Assembly (NCBI GenBank): GCA_964555355.1
Contig: CAZKRY010000015.1
Coordinates: forward strand, 52,455-116,454
DNA from: an uncultured Klebsiella sp.
GTDB lineage: Bacteria > Pseudomonadota > Gammaproteobacteria > Ga0077536
DNA: 64,000 bases
Direction of reading: 5' to 3'
In this document: one piece after another, positions 60,526 to 64,000 of the stretch
Layout: every line of letters begins with the position of its first letter
Position numbering within the stretch: position 1 is the stretch's first letter
Made by a program: the position numbers and the translations under genes
Notes under the pieces: generated by a model
What the model saw: the letters and a program-made list of their open reading frames with translations, nothing else
Database searches by the model: none
What the model was told of the DNA's origin: nothing

Positions 60526-61887
60526 CTACGGAGCGATGCTCGCGCTGCGCGATTTCAGCAACGCCATCCCTTTAAGCAAATTAAACGCTTCGTAGAGTTC
60601 GTAGTCGCGTGTGGCGAGCTCGGCCAGGTCCGGCGTGTCGGTTTTCGGCGCCGCGTTATCCGATTCCTTTTCGTTCGGATTATCGAGGTGGCGTTCAAGT
60701 TGAGCTTCGCTCACCGATAACCTCGCGCTGTCTTCCTCTGACGCGACTTTGAGACTATCGATGACGATATCGGGCTCAATCCCTTTGGCCTGGATAGAGC
60801 GACCATTCGGCGTGAAATAACGCGCGGTGGTGATTTTGATTGCCGCCTTGTTATTCATCGGCATGATGGTTTGCACGGAACCTTTGCCAAACGTGCGGCG
60901 ACCCATCAGCACGGCACGTTGCCTGTCTTGGAGCGCACCGGCGACGATTTCCGAGGCGGATGCCGATCCTTCGTTGATCAAAACGATAAGCGGAGCCCCG
61001 TTGATGAGATCAGGTGGTTTTGCTTCGAATTCAAGTTTGGCGTCTGCGATCCGCCCTTCGGTATAAACGATTTTGCCACTCTCCAGAAAAGCATCGGCAA
61101 CCGCCACCGCGCCACCCAAAATGCCGCCCGGATTATTGCGCAAATCGAGAATAAGCCCGCTCAGACCTTGCGGCGCCTGTTTTTTCAATTTGTCGAGTTC
61201 GGCGACTAGGTCTTCCCCCGTATGACCTTGAAAAGCCGATACCCGGATATAGCCAAAGCCGGGCGCGAGTTCCCGGCTACGCACCGATTGAATTTTGATG
61301 ACGGCGCGCTCGAGCGTGATTTCGAGCGGTTTCGCCGCGCCTTCACGCATAATGGAAAGTGTAATTTTGCTACCGACTTCACCGCGCATTTTTTTGATCG
61401 CGTCATTAAGCGCCATGCCACGCACCGGCGTGCCGTCCAAACGAATAATTGTGTCGCCGGCTTTGACTCCCGCACGGCTGGCCGGCGTATCGTCGATCGG
61501 TGAAATGACTTTGATGAGACCGTCTTCGGTGCCGACTTCGATACCAAGTCCACCGAATTCGCCGGTGGTGCCCTCTTGCAATTCGGTGTAGGCATCCGCA
61601 TCGAGATACGCCGAGTGCGGATCAAGACCGGCGAGCATGCCTTTAATCGCGTTCTCCAACAGTTGCTTGTCACTCACCGCCTCCACATAGTCTTTTTGGA
61701 CCTTGTGAAAGACTTCGACAAAGACACGAATATCATCCAGCGGTAGCTCGGCCGGTGTCGGGGTTGGTTCGGCGGCGTTCGCGGTGGGCAGCGGCGCGGT
61801 GGGTGCAACAGGTTCCGCGGCTGCGGCTGGATAAACCACTACGCTAATCGCGAAGAGGCCAAACGCGCGAACAAGAATTGCGAACAT
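60526..61887 (-). CDS. ctpA: Carboxy-terminal processing protease (S41 family)
   Basis: LDPHSAY, PDZ GLGIEV, DLRNNPGG, SASASEIVAGALQD, TFGKGSVQ. The RBS favours ATG 61887. Confidence 0.93.
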   Translation of the reverse strand: MFAILVRAFGLFAISVVVYPAAAAEPVAPTAPLPTANAAEPTPTPAELPLDDIRVFVEVFHKVQKDYVEAVSDKQLLENAIKGMLAGLDPHSAYLDADAYTELQEGTTGEFGGLGIEVGTEDGLIKVISPIDDTPASRAGVKAGDTIIRLDGTPVRGMALNDAIKKMRGEVGSKITLSIMREGAAKPLEITLERAVIKIQSVRSRELAPGFGYIRVSAFQGHTGEDLVAELDKLKKQAPQGLSGLILDLRNNPGGILGGAVAVADAFLESGKIVYTEGRIADAKLEFEAKPPDLINGAPLIVLINEGSASASEIVAGALQDRQRAVLMGRRTFGKGSVQTIMPMNNKAAIKITTARYFTPNGRSIQAKGIEPDIVIDSLKVASEEDSARLSVSEAQLERHLDNPNEKESDNAAPKTDTPDLAELATRDYELYEAFNLLKGMALLKSRSASIAP

Positions 61888-61937
61888 GGAGGCTCCTGCG
61901 GGAGGTTTAGTGGCGTGGCGCAAGGGGGGGGGCTTCG

Positions 61938-63506
61938 CTACGCGGCGTGTTGCGCGCGTTGTGGCCTAACCAAAGAGTGTCCGGTCATTTCGGAAGGTTG
62001 CGGTAGATCCATCAACGCGAGCAGGGTCGGTGCCACATCGCTTAGACAACCATCGCCCGCCATTTCCGCGCGCCGTCCACAATACACCAGCGGCACCAGG
62101 TTGCTGGTGTGCGCTGTGTGCGGTGCCACGCTGCCGTTTGCTTCAGGCGCGTGCGCGAGCATCTGCTCGGCGTTACCGTGATCGGACGTAATGAGCATCT
62201 CCATGGCATGCGTATGGCATGCATCGCGCAGGCGTCCCAGGCAAGTATCGAGCGTCTCGATGCATTTAACCGTAGCCGCGAAGTCGCCGGTGTGACCGAC
62301 CATATCGGCATTCGCGTAGTTGCAGACGATGGCATCATATTCCCGGCTCGCGATAGCCTCGATCAGTTTATTCGTCACTTCGGCCGCGCTCATTTCAGGC
62401 TGCATGTCGTAAGTCGCGACTGAAGGTGATGGCACGAGGATGCGATCTTCACCGGCGAATGGGGTTTCTGTGCCGCCGTTGAAGAAAAATGTTACATGCG
62501 CGTACTTTTCGGTTTCCGCGATCCGCAATTGGCGCAAACCCCGCGCGGCCAGAACTTCGCCGAAGGTGTGACGAATATCGATCGTCGGAAACGCCACTGG
62601 GACTTTGAATTGCGCGCCATAGTCGGTCATCGCGATAAACTGGCCAAAGCGCAGTGTATGGCGCGGAAAATGCGCGAACTCTTCCGCGGTGAAGGCGCTG
62701 GTCAATTGCCGCGCGCGATCGGCGCGAAAATTCGCGAAGATGACGACGTCGTCATCTCCAAGCGGTGGTGTGTTGGGTGTCTCGATCGCGGTGGGTTGCA
62801 CGAATTCGTCGGTTTCGCCGCGTGCGTAAGCGGCTCGCAACGCCGATAGTGGGTCGGCGGCCGTGAATGGCGCATGGCCGTGCGCGATGAGTTCGTAAGC
62901 AATGCGCGTGCGCTCCCAGTTTTTGTTGCGATCCATCGCGAAATAACGCCCACAGATACTCGCGATATGGCCGAGTCGCAATTCCGCACAACGAGTTTGT
63001 ACGTAGCGCAATGACGGCTCGGCACTTTGCGGCGGTGTATCCCGACCATCGAGAAACGCGTGGACCGCAACGCGGGCGACGTCCAGTTTAGCGGCAAGTT
63101 CGAGTAACGCGACTAGATGTGTTTCGTGGCTATGAACACCGCCTGGCGACAACAATCCGAGAATGTGCAGCGTGGATCTTTTCCGTGCCGCGCGCTGGCA
63201 AGCCTCCACCAACACCGGGTTGCTAAAAAAAGCCCCTGTTTTGACGGCGAGCGAAATTCGCGTGAAATCCTGATTGATCAAACGCCCTGCACCGATGTGC
63301 ATGTGACCGACTTCCGAATTACCCATCTGTTCATCCGGAAGACCGACATCGAGTCCGGAGCAACGGATTAGCGTATGCGGGCATTCTTGCCACATGCGGT
63401 CCCAGTGCGGCTTACGTGCGGCATGGATCGCGTTGTAGTGCGTGGAATCGCTATGGCCCCAACCATCGAGGACCACCAGCAGGACGGGATTTTGTACGGT
63501 CGCCAT
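61938..63506 (-). CDS. gpmI: 2,3-bisphosphoglycerate-independent phosphoglycerate mutase
   Basis: VLDGWG, QMGNSEVGH, FLDGRDT, AETEKYAHVTFF, NADMVGHTG, SDHGNAE. Start moved to ATG 63506. Confidence 0.96.
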   Translation of the reverse strand: MATVQNPVLLVVLDGWGHSDSTHYNAIHAARKPHWDRMWQECPHTLIRCSGLDVGLPDEQMGNSEVGHMHIGAGRLINQDFTRISLAVKTGAFFSNPVLVEACQRAARKRSTLHILGLLSPGGVHSHETHLVALLELAAKLDVARVAVHAFLDGRDTPPQSAEPSLRYVQTRCAELRLGHIASICGRYFAMDRNKNWERTRIAYELIAHGHAPFTAADPLSALRAAYARGETDEFVQPTAIETPNTPPLGDDDVVIFANFRADRARQLTSAFTAEEFAHFPRHTLRFGQFIAMTDYGAQFKVPVAFPTIDIRHTFGEVLAARGLRQLRIAETEKYAHVTFFFNGGTETPFAGEDRILVPSPSVATYDMQPEMSAAEVTNKLIEAIASREYDAIVCNYANADMVGHTGDFAATVKCIETLDTCLGRLRDACHTHAMEMLITSDHGNAEQMLAHAPEANGSVAPHTAHTSNLVPLVYCGRRAEMAGDGCLSDVAPTLLALMDLPQPSEMTGHSLVRPQRAQHAA

Positions 63507-63644
63507 ATATAACGGTGTTTCGGCCGAATAGTGCGCTACTTGAAGCAGTGCGCGGAGTGTATCATACGCCTCCCGACAGCCACCCCGGCACCACAACCGG
63601 AATTGCGTGGCACGCTTCACATCCACAACTGCGGAATGATTTTG

Positions 63645-64000
63645 ATGGATCGTTTGCTCGAATTCTCGGCGAACCACCTTTGGTTGGTCAGCGCATTTTT
63701 AGTCGTACTGGGCGCTTTGTTGTGGACGACGTTCGGTGGCGCGGTGCGACACGCGGTGTCGCCGGCGCAGGGGGTGCTGTTATTGAACAAAGAAGGTGCG
63801 ATCCCGGTCGATATCCGGGCCGAAGCCAATTATCGCGCGGGCCATATCATCAATGCCGTACAGCTCGATATTGATCGCTTCGAGGAAACGGCGAAGAAAC
63901 TCGAGAAGCACAAAGCAAAACCGCTGTTGGTGTATTGCGATTCAGGCACGGCGTCCGGTAAAGCGGTTCGCAAGCTCCGACAGGCGGGCTTCCTCCAAGT
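63645..64000 (+). CDS. Rhodanese-like membrane-anchored protein (YibN-like), runs off the right edge
   Basis: Manual translation: MDRLLEFSANHLWLVSAFLVVLGALL..., VDIR, GHIINA, LLVYCDSG; divergent from gpmI as in yibN-grxC-secB loci. Confidence 0.85.
   Translation, partial: MDRLLEFSANHLWLVSAFLVVLGALLWTTFGGAVRHAVSPAQGVLLLNKEGAIPVDIRAEANYRAGHIINAVQLDIDRFEETAKKLEKHKAKPLLVYCDSGTASGKAVRKLRQAGFLQ

Noticed and set aside
63608-63623. sigma54-like TGGCACGCTT upstream of the yibN-like gene
   Set aside because: It matches the -24 half of the pilA promoter but lacks the -12 GC.

Overview
A 64-kb chromosomal segment of a GC-rich Gammaproteobacterium (lineage inferred from gene order and protein features, not from a database search). 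Most of it is housekeeping DNA: clpB-pgeF-rluD/bamD, nadE-sucDC, pilSR-pilA, suhB/trmJ, purM/DUF2066-AI-2E-hda, proS, ilvIHC-pssA-leuA, udg-rimI, pagL-cysM-exonuclease-rlmD, a peptide ABC/YkuD/nagZ region, dapF-DUF484-xerC-hslVU-ubiEJB, ctpA-gpmI and a yibN-like gene. The accessory part is a more AT-rich block of about 14 kb (11.6-25.4 kb) directly behind the sigma54-driven type IVa pilin gene. It encodes two tandem TfpW/TMTC-like GT-C membrane glycosyltransferases, a DPM1-like polyprenol-phosphate sugar synthase, two GT4 and one RfbV-like GT2 enzyme, a Wzx flippase, a SAM methyltransferase, an NDP-sugar C-methyltransferase, and a GMD-fold enzyme with Arg in place of the dehydratase catalytic Glu. 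No initiating phosphoglycosyl transferase, Wzy or O-antigen-ligase-type OTase was seen. My best candidate for an undescribed system is therefore a GT-C-dependent pilin glycosylation pathway that installs a branched-chain (C-methyl) sugar. Other points of interest: a possible ABC/ElsL-like/NagZ muropeptide-recycling cluster, a probable CTG start for cysM, three unrelated intergenic palindrome/repeat families (including a 113-bp three-way-junction element), an FNR box upstream of the sigma32 promoter of clpB, and an F420-type Ddn-like reductase. No tRNA, rRNA, CRISPR array, transposase or prophage was recognised. All family assignments come from recalled motifs, without HMM or BLAST.
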